From positions 18,042,001 to 18,106,000 of the forward strand of contig OZ024763.1 of NCBI GenBank assembly GCA_964016885.1: a stretch of 64,000 bases of DNA, in the 5' to 3' direction. Positions within the stretch are counted from its first letter, which is position 1; every line of letters starts with the position of its first letter. Shown in pieces: positions 14,745 through 29,067 of the stretch. The translations under genes and the position numbers were made by a program. This stretch comes from Eledone cirrhosa (Eukaryota). The notes beneath the pieces are model-generated. The model was not told where the DNA came from, made no database searches, and saw nothing but the letters and a program-made list of their open reading frames with translations.

Positions 14745-15990
14745 CTATCTAGGTCCATGGACGAGTTCTCCCCAGCGGTCTCTGTCCTCGGAGCATCAAT
14801 ATATGCCAACCTCGATTTCCCTCTTCTAGTGTGTCCGTGTAGGGGCTCCCACAGGAACACTGTATAAGAATCGTTGCTTGTGGTCGTGTGTTGCTCGGTG
14901 TCGGGCGAGATGTTGAGCAGCAATTTGAAGGCGATTTTTTGTTGTTGTTGTTGTTGTTTTCTGAAAAATAAAGTAAAATTAAGTTATTCCAACAAATTAT
15001 GACTATATTCACTAAGCCAAACAAATTGTAACAACGGCGGGAATTTGTTACAACCTAATACTTGTATGGTTCTGTGTTCAAAACCCTATTCCGTCACTTC
15101 CTCACCAGAATGAAATCAATTTGGGACTTGGACAGGTGCATATCAGCGATGTAGGTCCACATCTTCCCCGGATTCTTCCTAAACCTTAGGTCGGTTGCCA
15201 CCAGGTTCGCCCCCAGCAGGGTGTCACTCCTTAGTCTCCCAATTTGGTTGGTGTTGTTATGGAAGTACCAGCAAGGATCTTCACTGCTCTCCTTACTCAG
15301 ATGTGCATTGAAGTCACCCAGAACAAGCAGGATGTTATGAGATGGTGTGGTGTTGACATCACTGTCACCCTCAACACTTGCAGGGAGACAGGTATGATTT
15401 CCCTCACCAATAGATTGGTTTTTGCACTAAACACAAAACCCACTCCTACTGCAGCATTCGTCGTGTTCTTCACTGATGATGTGGTGATTAGCTGGCTCCT
15501 CTTCCCAATCATCACTCTCTTCACGGGCCCATCATGTAGGATCCTCTGTTCTTGGATCTCAAGTATCTGTATACCACTCTCCTTGAACAGATCACCCAAC
15601 TCCTCTCTCTTCTCCAGTGTCCAAATAGTCCTCACATCCAGAGTGCCCATCTTAATGGCTCTTCTTCAGGACAAAACTACATTCTTTATATATGTCTGAG
15701 AGACAGCTGATTCATCATCCCCTGGCCCTTCCTGTGGCTCCAAGCCAGCAGTGTCATAACGACCAGACTGCTCCTTGACAGTGTAGTTAGGGGCTCTAAC
15801 CCTAGTGCTGTTAAATACACTCTCCATGGTTCTTTTCAATGGCTGATAATACCTTAGGGGCCCCCATTTATGGGTGTCGGTAACAGGTACTACTACTCCG
15901 GGCCAGAGCAGACCTGGGAGTGATAACTATGGGGTAACTCCACATACCCTACAGCTCCCGAGCTGGAGCCTTGCCACTGGATGCAGTTTA
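14745..15990 (-). pseudogene. Internally deleted RTE-like LINE (APE domain plus RT C-terminus)
   Basis: MGTLDVRT..GIQILEIQEQR..AAVGVGFVFS (APE), NLRFRKNPGKMWTY, and VFLWEPLHGHTRRGKSRLAYID (ORF2 end). Confidence 0.8.
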
Positions 15991-17135
15991 ATGTCATATC
16001 CACAAACAAGAGAAATTCAATGCCGTTTATGAGGCTAGAAGCTAATTTTGTTTGATCAAAACAACTCGACACAAGTCGTAAATAATGTGTAAACATTTTT
16101 TATTAACAGATTCTTTATTATCCATCGCTATTCTGACTTTTAAATACTTTCACAATTAAAACTTTCTCTCCGTGGTTACGGTAAACAACACAGTATATGG
16201 CCGAGAAGGCTGGACATTTGTTATAAAAAAAAATGTTTAACTTATTTATATACGTTGTCAATAAAAAAAACGTTAAACTTCATAAAATTCTTCTTTGTTT
16301 TTTTATTTTTTTTACAATATATGTTGATTTATTCATATGGCCGTATAGTTGACAATTGATGTAATTGGTCTAAGTTTGGTAATGTCCGAATTACTAAACA
16401 TAATTTTCTTTATTAAATTAGTGTTGTATAAAAAGAGATATAATATAATACAATGTTTACAGAACGAAAGCACAAACAAATATTTCCTTTATATTATATT
16501 TGTCTTTTCCTTCTGTATTGTATTATCATATCTCTTTTTATACAACAGTAATTTAATAAAGAAAATGTTTATATATATATATATACACACACACTATGCT
16601 TACCTATATACGTATTTGTGTGTGTATATATGTATGTATATTTGAAAGAACCGTGACCCGACAGCTAAGCTCTTGCCGTTTCCAAGATGGAGGAAACTCG
16701 TAGAAGAGACAGACTCACTCGCTATCCACGGTTACCGTTCAGCTATCCTCTCATTCTACTCTAGATCATCACTCAAAGACTTACACACTGCCGAAATCTT
16801 AACACAGCAAGAGCTCAGCCGTCGGGCTCCCACCTTTAACTAATATAGTCACACTCTACTATTCCAAGTATCGAGTACTTTGTTGAATTATAGTTTAAAA
16901 CTGGATAAACCTTATATATACATATATAAATCTATACATGTGTATATATGTAAATATATATACACACACACACATATCCTGATGATTTCTTTTGAATGAA
17001 ACGGTTCTAGTCCTGTAGAAGCCATTTTAAAATTAAATTTGATGCTTACACTCTACTAATGTATTGAGTACCTTACTTACTGTGATTACCCCCGATTGAA
17101 GACGCGACTAACACACACACATATGCATAGTCATG

Positions 17136-17167
<32 letters not shown>

Positions 17168-17270
17168 AGTATTGAAGTTTCCGTTGAAAATTGAAAAAGT
17201 CATAGGAGTGAAGAGTGCTCTATGTAAGTACCAGAGCAAAATTTAATGTATAATAAACAATACAATATAA

Positions 17271-17346
17271 TTACCTCATTACCAGAGGTTTCCCGAATAA
17301 GACGAATACGGAAAAAACGTCCTCATTCGTTCGTCGGACGAGGCAA
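17271..17346 (-). ncRNA. Type I hammerhead ribozyme fold with one core substitution (CCGACGA)
   Basis: Minus strand: TTGCCTCGT-CCGACGA-[CGAATGAGGACG..CGTCTTATTCG]-GAAA-CCTCTGG-TA-ATGAGGTAA. Stem I is 9 bp including G:U pairs; stems II and III are present. Confidence 0.6.
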
Positions 17347-17606
17347 TATAAAACATAGTGAAATATTTGGAAAGTCTCCTCAAGAAATGCAAAAAAAAAA
17401 TATATATATATATATATAAATTTAATACAATAACAGAGATAGCTTTAAGCTAAACTCCGACTGGTAACCATCTCACTCAACAAACATTAGGTTATAAGTT
17501 AGTATAAACCTAATTTAAGTGTTTGGGGTGCTAACTATATGTATTTTGTGGAAAGCCAGTTGTATTATTTTATATGAGATATAATTAAAGTTATACGTAT
17601 ATATAT

Positions 17607-17645
<39 letters not shown>

Positions 17646-18125
17646 CTTCCATATATGTATGTTTACATCTACGTATGAGTGTATATACATATATACACGC
17701 CAAGAAGGACTCGGTGTGAAATATCTGCTCATGGGGTTTCCAGAACCGTCAGCACCACTGAAGTAGTGATGTTGAGTTGTATTGTTGGTCGTTAAAAGAT
17801 AATTCGAGAGTGTGTATATGGCGAATAAAACTATAGTGAAGGAGTTTCCTGGGGTTGCGGGTGCGTTTGAAGGGGGTGGGGAGCCGGGGGTATCAGAAGA
17901 GATGATGGTCTCGTCAGCTGAAAGGTGGTAAGTGCAGCCTGGACCAGGGTGAAAACAGGGTGAAAATTTCCCGGCCCTATTTTAATATATATATTTATAT
18001 ATTTATATATATTCGTATACAGATATTTTTGCATACACAGTAACAAAATATAAACAAACGCATTTATTTGACGAGGCTCGATAAGGATAAATATATATCA
18101 AATATTTAAGAACCCTAGAGCAAAT

Positions 18126-18153
18126 CCCGAGCAACGCCGGGCCATTCTGCTAG
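18126..18153 (+). mobile_element. Helitron 3' terminus
   Basis: CCCGAGCAACGCCGGG hairpin, then CTAG followed by T; same motif, inverted, at 22625. Confidence 0.7.
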
Positions 18154-19000
18154 TATATATTAAAATAACAGATTAAAGTTAAGTTCAAGCAAAGAATCGC
18201 TGTTTTCACCCTTAACAGGATCTCTACGGTTTATATATATATATATATATATTATCCTTATCTTCGGGTTTTAGTCTTCACATTTATTATTATTACTATA
18301 TATATAATAGAGATAGATATATAAATCTACCAAAATGTACGGAAGTGTCCGATCCGTATGAAGAACTCAATGTAATCCGAATATCATGAAAAGAGAAGAT
18401 GTATTCAAACATTTTTTTCGATGAAAAACACAGGAAAACAGAGTCAAGATAAATTAATAAAAACAATGAATAAAAACAAAGAAACAGTTCCTTATATTAA
18501 AAAATTCATCATTTTACGATCGTTTCTAGGATATATATGTGTGTGTTGGTATGTATATCATATAGATCTATGTAAAATTTTTACAAACTATCAGAGGGAA
18601 TATACATACCTACACATATATATACTCTCTTCAGAAATAATGATATTTGTTTATTGAAAAAAACCAACAAAGATTTAATATAATAGGTCTGTTTAATTTT
18701 ATTCATTATTTTTATTAATTTAATATATATATATATATATATACATGGACCAACAAACAGCTCTCACATCAAGGGCAGGGTTATTGTTACACTTCAGACA
18801 TTCAAGATCGTATTTTTAAAACCAACAGTTACAACTCGGGTCACATAATTGATTCGCATCAAGTCGTGGCTCACTAACAGAACTTGATCCTTCGCCCAGA
18901 GATCAACTGATCGGCAGACGACACAGGCTGTATCTTCATCACTCCTCCTTCCTCTACTACAGCGGCATTTGCTCCTCTGATCTACCTGTCCCCGTGTCAA

Positions 19001-19003
<3 letters not shown>

Positions 19004-19036
<33 letters not shown>

Positions 19037-19705
19037 TGGAGAGGGGTTGGTAAGTATAGAGATAGATAGATAGATAGAGAGAGAGGTAAGTAAATAGATA
19101 GATAGATAATAAACAGAGAGAGAGCGAGAGGTAAGTAAATAGATAGATAGATAAATAAACAGAGGTAATTAAATAGATAGATAGATAATAAACAGAGAGA
19201 GAGAGGGGTAAGTAAATAGATAGATAGATAATAAACAGAGAGAGAGGGGGGTAAGTAAATAGATAGATAGATAATAAACAGAGAGAGAGAGGGGTAAGTA
19301 AATAGATAGATAGATAATAAACAGAGAGAGAGGTAAGTAAATAGATAGATAGATAATAAACAGAGAGAGAGGTAAGTAAATAGATAGATAGATAATAAAC
19401 AGAGAGAGAGAGAGAGGGGTAGGTAGATAAACAGAGAGACAGAAGTAGGTAGATAAACAGAGAGAGAGAGAAATAAACAGAGAGAGAGGTAGGTAGGTAG
19501 TTGGAGAGAGAGAGAGAGGGGGTAGGTAGATATATATATATAGAGAGAGAGGTAGATAGACAAGCAGATAGAAAGATAGATATGTAGACAGAGCAATAGA
19601 TAGATATATTTCTTTATTAGCCACAAGGGAGCACAAGAAAAGGGGACAAAACAGAGACATGCCGGGGATAGATATATAGATAGATATATAGATAGATATA
19701 TAGAT
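19004..19705. repeat. (GA)n/(GATA)n compound minisatellite
   Basis: Seen directly. Confidence 0.9.
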
Positions 19706-20190
19706 GAGAAATCTTGCAATCTTGAACTGGAAAGAGATGAACTCTCAAAATTATTTGAGCTGTCAAATAAATATTGCGCGCGTGTGTGTGTGTGTGTGTG
19801 TCGGTCAAATCGGACCGAAGAAACAATGTTTCCATAGGTCTTTCCAATTGCTAATACTATCTATCGGTCGCAACTCCATTTAGAAGGAAAAACGTGAAAT
19901 AAAGTGTCTTGCTCAAGGACATAACGCATCACCCGGTCCGGGAATCGAACTCACAACCTCAAGATTGCTAATCCAATTCTCTAACCACTCAGATACACAC
20001 ACACACATATATTCATATACCTGCAAACATATACACATACATACACACACATATGTATATATATATAAAGACATAATTGTAAAGTGTTTAGTTCTTTCTC
20101 TTTTGTGGTCGCTAACACACGGATACCGGTACGGCTGGTCCTCTTTATCCAGCTACATATAAACTTCTATATAACTTTATTTATTGAGCA

Positions 20191-20209
20191 ATGAAGAAAA
20201 TATTGATCA
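20191..20209 (+). CDS. ZP gene exon 1 (MKKILI+)
   Basis: GCAATGAAG start, A|GTAAGT donor; fits the signal peptide in phase 1. Confidence 0.65.
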
Positions 20210-23200
20210 GTAAGTTTACATTTTATTTTATTTATCCATTAGTTTGGGGGCTTTTTTTAAATTCATTCTTTCACCTTTAATTTTCAGCGCTGAGTTAATT
20301 GAGGTATCAGCACTTCTTTGTTATAACCTACGGCATTTCACTTTCACACAACCAACGGTTCATTAAAATAAATTATTTTAATGAATTTTCTACAACCCTC
20401 CACTCATTCCAATCTAGTTGAATTACTATCCCTAACCCCTAACACTCACCATATTAACCCTGAATTTAATGTACGAATATGTACCGTCAACCTTTTCTCA
20501 GGTCTTGAATAATCGTTCCCCGGCCACCGCTTAACTTTTTCAGATTCCCACCTCCGCTTATTAAATTTTGCTAATTTATCTCCGGCGAAATTTTGTTGTA
20601 AGTGATTCATATCGATACATCAGCTGGAGAACCTAATAATAATCTTATTTTACATTTAAAAAAAAACAACCCATTATATATGTGACAAAAGAACATTACA
20701 AGAAACCCCATATTTACGAACGTACACTATACAATTACCGGTTTTCCAACCACCCGCTTATAAGAATGTAAGCAAATGTCCACGCCCCCTACAGCTTATT
20801 CCAACCGCCCTATTATTTGGGATCAGACAGTACTTATTTACCATAGCGGGCCCACGTCTACGTTAGAGGCTTCCCAACTTTTCAAGCCAAAGGCTCGTTC
20901 TATCTAAAGTAATAGTCCAACGGAGCCATTCCTGCACCGCAACAATTAAATGGACCCCAATCCCTAACCAAGCATCACCTGACACCTCGCCAATGCCGGG
21001 TGATAGAGTACGGTGCTGAAACAACCAAGCTCCCACACCAGGAACACCTGACACCGCGTAATGCCAGCCGCTAACGATAAGAACTTCGCTGTCAGTGAAC
21101 CAACTCCCCCAAATGACTGACTAACGTTGCAGGCTGGAGAACATATGTACCGTATTTCCCGGCGTCGAAGACCCTACGTCTTCGAGGACGTACCCTTATT
21201 TTGACAAGCAAAAACTTGAAGAAAAAAAATAACCTTCGGCCTCCAGGACGCATGGTAGATTTTTTAGACTTATTTTAGGACAAAGTCTTCGACGCCGGGA
21301 AATACGGTACGTAATTGATTGTACTCTCGGGTCCCAAATAATTAGTGCGGAATAAGCAATGAAAGTGTCAGTAATTCTTCTAGGTTGTTTCCGTTAATTA
21401 CTTTTTTCTTTGAAACCAGAATTAGTAGTTTAGTTTACATATTGAGACCCCAACCCATCCTATTTATTTTATAAGTTATAGTAATAAGCTTGGGTGGGGA
21501 AGATTATTTGAGACGCGAGAATATTTTAGGAGTTTATATCTGTTAATGGAGTCGATAAAATAATTTCCAGCTATGTTACTAATGTCTGCAATCTTCCATT
21601 TAAATTGTATGACTTTGTAGGTAAATTATAAATCAAGGTAAAATATTTTTACGAGGACATCCGTCTTGGAGACGAGTGTGATAAAACTGTCGGGTATTTT
21701 GAACGAATATAAACTTGGGAGAAGGGCCAGGGGGCGGCAGAAAAGGAGATGGACAGATTGTATTAAGGAATGGACAGGAAGAAGTTTGGCAGAATGTACG
21801 GCAATGGCAAGAGACAGGACAAGATGGTTCTGGTTCAGAACTCCATGACACTCCATCCTCAGGTATGAGGATGGAATGATAGCGAGCTATGAATTTGGAA
21901 ATTCTTGTAAGTTACTCGTTTTCTGTGATTCATCCGCCCGAAAGTTCCATAACACATCTGTTGGAAAAATGTCTACGAGGGTCAGCTGGAAGGTTTATTG
22001 GCTGACAAAGATACTCTCGAGGAATGACCAAATAGGGTTTATTTTTCAACATACCTTGAAAGAAATGATAGTTATTAAGTGTTGAAATTAATGCTTGCAA
22101 GATTTCACAGCTCTAGCATCACTCCTTCATAATCAGCCTATGGACATTTCAGCCTACCCTCGTAATTATCGGAATTTACGTACATCAGTATCGTGGGTGG
22201 GAGTGGACCATAAGTTTTATATATTAAATGCAACCTTATCTACCGGAGTTTGATATGGTGTCATTATCTTTTCAGCAACTGTTTTACCACTGGTACTCCT
22301 TGGGCACCTTGTAATGGTAAGGAATTCTCATTTTAATACTTTCATATATTTTTTTTAATGCTTAGAATTTTCAAATAGTTTGAAAAAATAGTAATTGAAA
22401 TAAATTTTTTTTTTTTGTGAGGTTTTTGGCGATGGCTGGTTGTGTTTATCAACGACATTATATTTGTAATGTTATTCTGAAAGAATTGTAAGCAATTTGT
22501 AATGTTGTTTATACAACTGTGAATAAAACCCAGTTCTTATCTCAGAGGCGGTGGAAGCATTTCTGAATTTGCGGGGTGGGGCCAAATTTGGTCAATTTAG
22601 TTATAGTGATTAGTTTAGCTGTTACTAGCAGTAAAGCCCGGCGTTGCTCGGGGTCGCTCAGTAGCTGTGTTAAAGTTACAATGTTAAGTTTCTTTCTTGG
22701 CTTAAAAACTGTAGTGTCTACTGTGCAGACTTGCATGTGGTGTTTTTGATTAATATTCCTCAACCAACAATATGCCTTATGAAGTTAAGAAAACATAACG
22801 ATAACCCGAATGTTATAACAAAAGAGGATGCTGGGGATAGAAACTGCACTGGTTATTTATTAACAAAGATCGAAAATGTAAACACTGCAACGCAGAGAAA
22901 AACATTAGCGTAACTAAATTATCAGTTATGTCTGTCTGCACGCCTATATCACCTCTCTGCACGACTATCTGTCTGCACGCCTGAAATATTTGCTTGTTTT
23001 ACGTAGTCTTTAAATAGACTTGTTTTCAAGTAAAAATATTGTTTTAAAATGCTTTTAAATGGAAATGAAGCAAAACGGAAGCTTAGTGTTCGAACTGATG
23101 AATTTTGCAGGTCAATATTTTGCTGGCTCGACAACTGTTCGTGTATTGTGTTAATGTCATTTTAAACGCTGAGAACGCCAGCGTAATTTTTTACGTAAGA

Positions 23201-26200
23201 CGCTCAATGTAAACAGAACAAAGGGAAATAACTGATAACTTACGCTCAAAAATCGATACATTATATTCGATTTCGTCACATAGGGTGGGTCAATTTGAAA
23301 TATTTTTTTTTCCGATGTCTTCGCTAGGGCTCAATGTACAAGTATAGCAATTTCGGTGCAATTCCGCGAGAGATTCTAAGAGATGTGTGCCAAAAATCGA
23401 TAGACACAGACAACCACAGTTTTATATATATAGATTAAATATCGACCAAGATATAAAAAAAACTTCGATATGCGATAAACATAACATGTACATAACTTGT
23501 AGCGTATATATACAAATGTTTTGAATTTCTTACATTTTGGTTCTATATTGGCTTGTCTTATAATATTCCGTTAACCCTTTTTTTTCCTTTCGTTTTTTTA
23601 AAATCTTTTATGCGTTTTATATTTGTATATATTGTTTTCGTTCTGTACGTTGAACTAATTGACAGAATAAGATTGCAAATGTTTTAAATGTATACATAAC
23701 ATTACAAATGCGTAAATAATTGTTTCTACTTTTAAGCACAAGGCCATCAAAAACCAGTAGATTACTGGTACTTTATTTTATCGACCCCGTAAGTTAACCT
23801 CGGCAGGATTTGAACTCAGAATGGCAAGGGCCGTAACTCTATGCGTCAAAGCATGGCGCCAGAACATTACAAATGTCTAAACCGTGTATAAAAACATAAC
23901 AAATTCATTTAACACAACTGTGAATTATAAAGGTTTTATATCTATATAGGAACGAGTAGGACCCCGACGGCTGAGCTCAAGCCGTTTCGACGGCTAATTT
24001 AGTCCAGAATTAGCCGACGAAACGGCTTGAGCTCAGCCGTCGGGGTTCTACTCGTTCCTATTACCCACTCTACTACCCTAAGTATTGAGTACATTGGTGC
24101 GTTATGGTCCACCTGGTTCCTTACCACATTTCCTCCGTTATATATATATATATATATATATAATCAAATTAAGACTCGCGTTAATCCCGTATAATTTAAT
24201 GAGCTCAAGGAAATAGTTTGGGACACTTTATAAATCAGCATATAGAAACATGTTCCTTTTGTAGACAATATGTTCATTACTCTGGTTTTTGATCGTCTAC
24301 GATTTAACACATACCTGTGTACCTCTCTCTCTCTCCCTTGCTTTCTCTCTCTCAATAAAATCAACTTCATAGTTCTATGATTATAAAACAACAAAACAAG
24401 AGACAGAAAAGACATAAAAAATTAAAATATTTGTTATATCCCGAACAAACGAGGTACTTTATTTTATTGGCCCCATAAGGATACATTTTATCGACTCTGT
24501 AGGATGAAAGATAATGTTAGCTTTTCCTGTCATCCTTACGGGGTCGATAAAATAAAGTACCAGTAACGAACTGGAGTCAATTTAATTGACTTTCCGTCCC
24601 CAAAAAGTGTTGGACTTGTGTCTAAAGCAGAAACCATTATTCTATCCATTTACCACACATAATGGCAATATAATTTTTTTGGTTTTGTTTTATGGGCGCA
24701 GTTTCAATACTTAACTAAATCAATAATTTTTATTATATCTAAATAAACAATGTATCGTACATGGAATTTCATAGTAGCAAAGTTCATTTTTTTTTTTTTT
24801 TCGCCAAACAAATATGCTGACAACATAGCTTGAAATTACGAACACAAATGCCATACACAGATATGTCTATTTGTTAGGATTACGCAAACGTCGAACTTTA
24901 ACAAAATTGTATAAATTTACAGCAAAGTTCTTGTCATCGCTGGCGACTCACCTTACTGAAGTGTCACGTGATGCCCGTGAGGGTGCCTGGTTGTTTCGGC
25001 GTCTTAGTCTCGCCATCACCCTTGGTAATGCTGCGAGCGTATTGGCTTGCTTCAGTGTTTAGTTCACCTCTAAGATGTGAGGTGCGGCCGATTGTTTCAC
25101 TTGGGTGAATTGCCCCCTTTTTTTTTCTTCGCTTTTTTTTCTTTTGTTTTTTTTTTTAATGTCTTTTATGCGTTTATGAGTATATATCGTTTGTTTCCGT
25201 TCTCTAAGTATTATATTTTTATACAGCTGTGTGTAGTAAGCAAAGGCACTATTTATGGCGGCGGAACAATTGGGTTACACTTGGTCATAAAAAACACTAG
25301 TATTGTTGAGGATGTTGACAGCATTTACATTACAAAACATATAATAAATACATTACAAATCGTTTGCAATTCTTTCAGAATGAAAATTTAAACAGAGCAT
25401 ATAAATAAATTTACAGTAGAATAACAACAAATGTTTTAAATATATACATAAATAACATTACAAATACTTAGACAACATTATAAATAGCGCGCGATTCTTT
25501 CAGAAAGATAATTCTTTTAATGTTAGAATATTAAAGAAAATGTAAAGGAAGGGGTGAACAACGGAGCCAACACCAGAGCAAAAGACAGATTTCTGTTTAT
25601 TTGCCACTAGGGCACAAAAGAAAGGGACATGTACATGGGTGGGGGGAGTTTACATAAAAATCGAGTAAGAAAAATATAACAAACAAAATAATAAGGTCCT
25701 CAATAGGGAGGGATCGTTTTGGGGTCACACACACCCTCGAAAAAAAGTGTGCGACCCTTCTCCACGGGAGCACAAAGAGAGGGTGCTCCCTTTCTGTTCC
25801 ACCTACAGGCTGAGGTAGAGAGAAGGCCCATTCACACGGGCCATTCTCGCAACTTTCACCCACCTTTCATAAAACTGGCTGGAGTGGAGCACCTCTCTCT
25901 CCATCCTGATCCTTCTTCCGAAATGGTATCGGAAGAAAAGGACCAGTTGTTGGCCGGAGAGAAAGGTGTCCGACCTCAGCCCTTTCAGACGCGTCCACCA
26001 TATAGCCTCTTTTACCATGGCTATTACACAGAGGAAGACCGCCTCTCCTTCATTTTTGAAGGGGGGAGGCGGCTTGATCGTTACAATGGACTCGGTGGTC
26101 AACAGCAGCGTCGCGAGTACTGGGCAACCTCTCTAATGATTTTTGAGGCAAGCCAGCAGCACACTCGCAGCGTTGCCTCGGGTGATGGCGAGGCTGATGC

Positions 26201-29035
26201 GCTGAAACAGCCAAACGCTCTCGCGAGATTCGCCAGTTACTTCTATTAGGCGAGCCGCCAGTGCAGAGAGGAACCTCGCAGTCAGCGGCCCGACTCCCCC
26301 AAACGTCTCGAAAGCCCTAAACATATAATCAATTAATTATTGCTAGGAACCTTATAAAATATATCAAAGCGAGAGAAATACAAACTGATCAATTCAACAC
26401 CCACGTGTGTCAATCTGTCACACTCCACATGGCAGAAGTTATTGGACATTTTTCAGGTAAGCTAACTTGCTGTCAGCATTACCGCCTGTGATGGCGAGGC
26501 TAAGGTGCTGAAACAACCAAGCACCCTCACCAGGACCATCAATTGACACCTTGGTAAAGCCAGGTGATGGCGAGGCTAAGGCGCTGAAACAACCAAACTC
26601 CCTCACCAGGAGCATCTATTGACACCTCGGTAAAGCTAGGTGATGGCGAGGCTAAGGCGCTGAAACAACCAAACTCCCTCACCAGGAGCATCTATTGACA
26701 CCTCGGTAAAGCCAGGTGATGGCGAGGCTAAGGCGCTGAAACAACCAAACTCCCTCACCAGGAGCATCAATTGACACCTCGGTAAAGCCAGGTGATGGCG
26801 AGGCTAAGGCGCTGAAACAACCAAGCACCCTCACCAGGACCATCAATTGACACCTCGGTAAGGCCAGGTGATGGCGAGGCTAAGGTTCTGAAACAACCAA
26901 GCACCCTCACCATGAGCATCACCTGATATCTCGGTAAGGCCAGGTGATGGCGAGGCTAAGGTTCTGAAACAACCAAGCACCCTCACCAGGAGCATCACCT
27001 GATATCTCGGTAAGGCCAGGTGATGGCAAGGCTAAGGTGCTGAAACAACCAAGCACCCTCACCAGGAGCATCACCTGATATCTCGGTAAGGCCAGGTGAT
27101 GGCAAGGCTAAGGTTCTGAAACAACCAAGCACCCTCACCAGGAGCATCAATTGACACCTCGGTAAGACCAGGTGATGGCGAGGCTAAGGTTCTGAAACAA
27201 CCAAGCACCCTCACGGCCATCACTTGACATCTCGGTAAGACGAACCTCCCAAAATAAAACAAAACGTGACAAAAAAAAACTGCACAGAATACCTGGAAAA
27301 ATACGATATTTTGTTGAACATTTTGGTTCGTTTTTAGTAGGCTAAAAGGTTTCTATAGTTTTAAAGAGAGGGAAGGGGACGGTGCAGTGCGTAGAGGTAT
27401 TGATCTGGCTCAATTTATATATTTGCTTCTTTATTCCAGGCATTGCCGATGAATAAAGAGAAAAATATCGTAATAGGTGAGTAGATATTAAAGGTAGATG
27501 ACACCTCTCATTTGCAATATTTTTATTGTATTGTTGTATCTAAGTATTATAGAAGATTTAAATTTTATTTTGTATAAAAAGAAATATCATTGTTTCTACT
27601 TTTGGCACAAGGCCAGCAATTATCCCAGTGCATTACTGGTACTTTATTTTATCGACCCCGTAAGGATGAAAGGTAAAGTTAACCTCGGCGGGATTTGAAC
27701 TCAGAGCGTAAAGGGCCGTGACTCTGTTGCAAAGCATGGTGTCCGACTCTCTACTGATACTGCCAATCCACTGCCCTTAAAATTGTATTATACTTCTTAT
27801 AAAAAGAAATATAATACAATTCTTACAGAACGAAAGCATAAACAAATATAATATAATATAATATATAAAAGAAGGGGAAAGGGGAAAAACAAGAAAAAAA
27901 TCACAAGCAGGTAGCATGCACAACTGGGACTAAATACAATAAAAGGCAGGCGAAAGGGGTGGACAGCTGAGCCATACCAGAGTAAAAGATAACGGTAGCC
28001 CAACTCCCCAAGATGTCACGAACACACGACAGTGTTATATATATATATATATTTCCCCACTTCTATAAACACAGGTTGCTGTGTGTGTGGGGGGGGGGGT
28101 GTATGTATGTATATATATATATAAGGAAAAGTCAGGACTCCCGACGGCTGAGATCCAGATGTTTCGACAGCAAGATCCGAACTTTGTTTGCAACGTTTTT
28201 TTTATATTTGTCCAAACAAATTATATTTGGGAAGAGTCATATTGTTATATTTCCAGAAATATATATTAAAACAGTTTGGGTTGGGTTGGTTTTCGCTTCT
28301 GTATAGTCTACATCCCTATAGTTAATTTAGCTGGCAATGTTTATCATTGGTTGACCAATTGTTAATATATATATATATAGTCTGATTTCTTTCATCACAC
28401 ACCTGTGACATCATCAGTGATATTATTGTTTCCTCCCGTTGTATTGTAATGTTTACTTATTCAATTGTTTATTTATTTATTGTCTCGATTTCCGAATGTG
28501 TTTCTATGCGCGTTTTCTGTTTGGTATGTGTTCGTGTTTGTATCTTATCTTTGGTCACTAGTGTGTATTTGTATGGTTGTTGTTGTTCCATTCAGGTTTT
28601 CTGTTCTACTTCGGTTTTCTTGGTTCTATTTCAGTTGCTTCCCTAATTTGGGTTTTCTTAAAGGGTTAAGGTTTACTGATCAGGGATTTTATAGTAGATC
28701 CTGGCTTTTCTACCACTTTAATCTTTCTTAGGGCCTTTGTTTGGTTGTTGTACCATGAAGTGGATCTCCCTATCTTTTAACAATAAATAATTGAAAAATA
28801 GAATAAGTAAACATTACAATACAACAGGAAGAAACAATAGTATCACTGATGACAGGTGTGTGACAAAAGAACTCTGGGAGACTATATATATATATATAAC
28901 TGTTGGTCAATCGATGATAAAAGATTGATTGCTAGTTAAATTAACTATAGGGATAGATATAAAATATATGGAAGTGAAAACCAGCCCAAACCAAAAAGTG
29001 AGTTTTATTATTTCTGGCAATATAATATCACCCAA

Positions 29036-29067
<32 letters not shown>

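Noticed and set aside
20158-20163. TATAAA as the ZP gene promoter
   Set aside because: Only 28 nt before the ATG and preceded by an acceptor-like site; such hexamers are common in AT-rich DNA
26425-26463. Strong donor-like CAG|GTAAGC in intron 2
   Set aside because: No convincing upstream acceptor; not needed for the reading frame; flanked by retrotransposon fragments
26489-27240. CRISPR-like appearance of regular arrays (also 53763-54370 and 10280-10620)
   Set aside because: Units are contiguous without unique spacers, no cas genes, eukaryotic context
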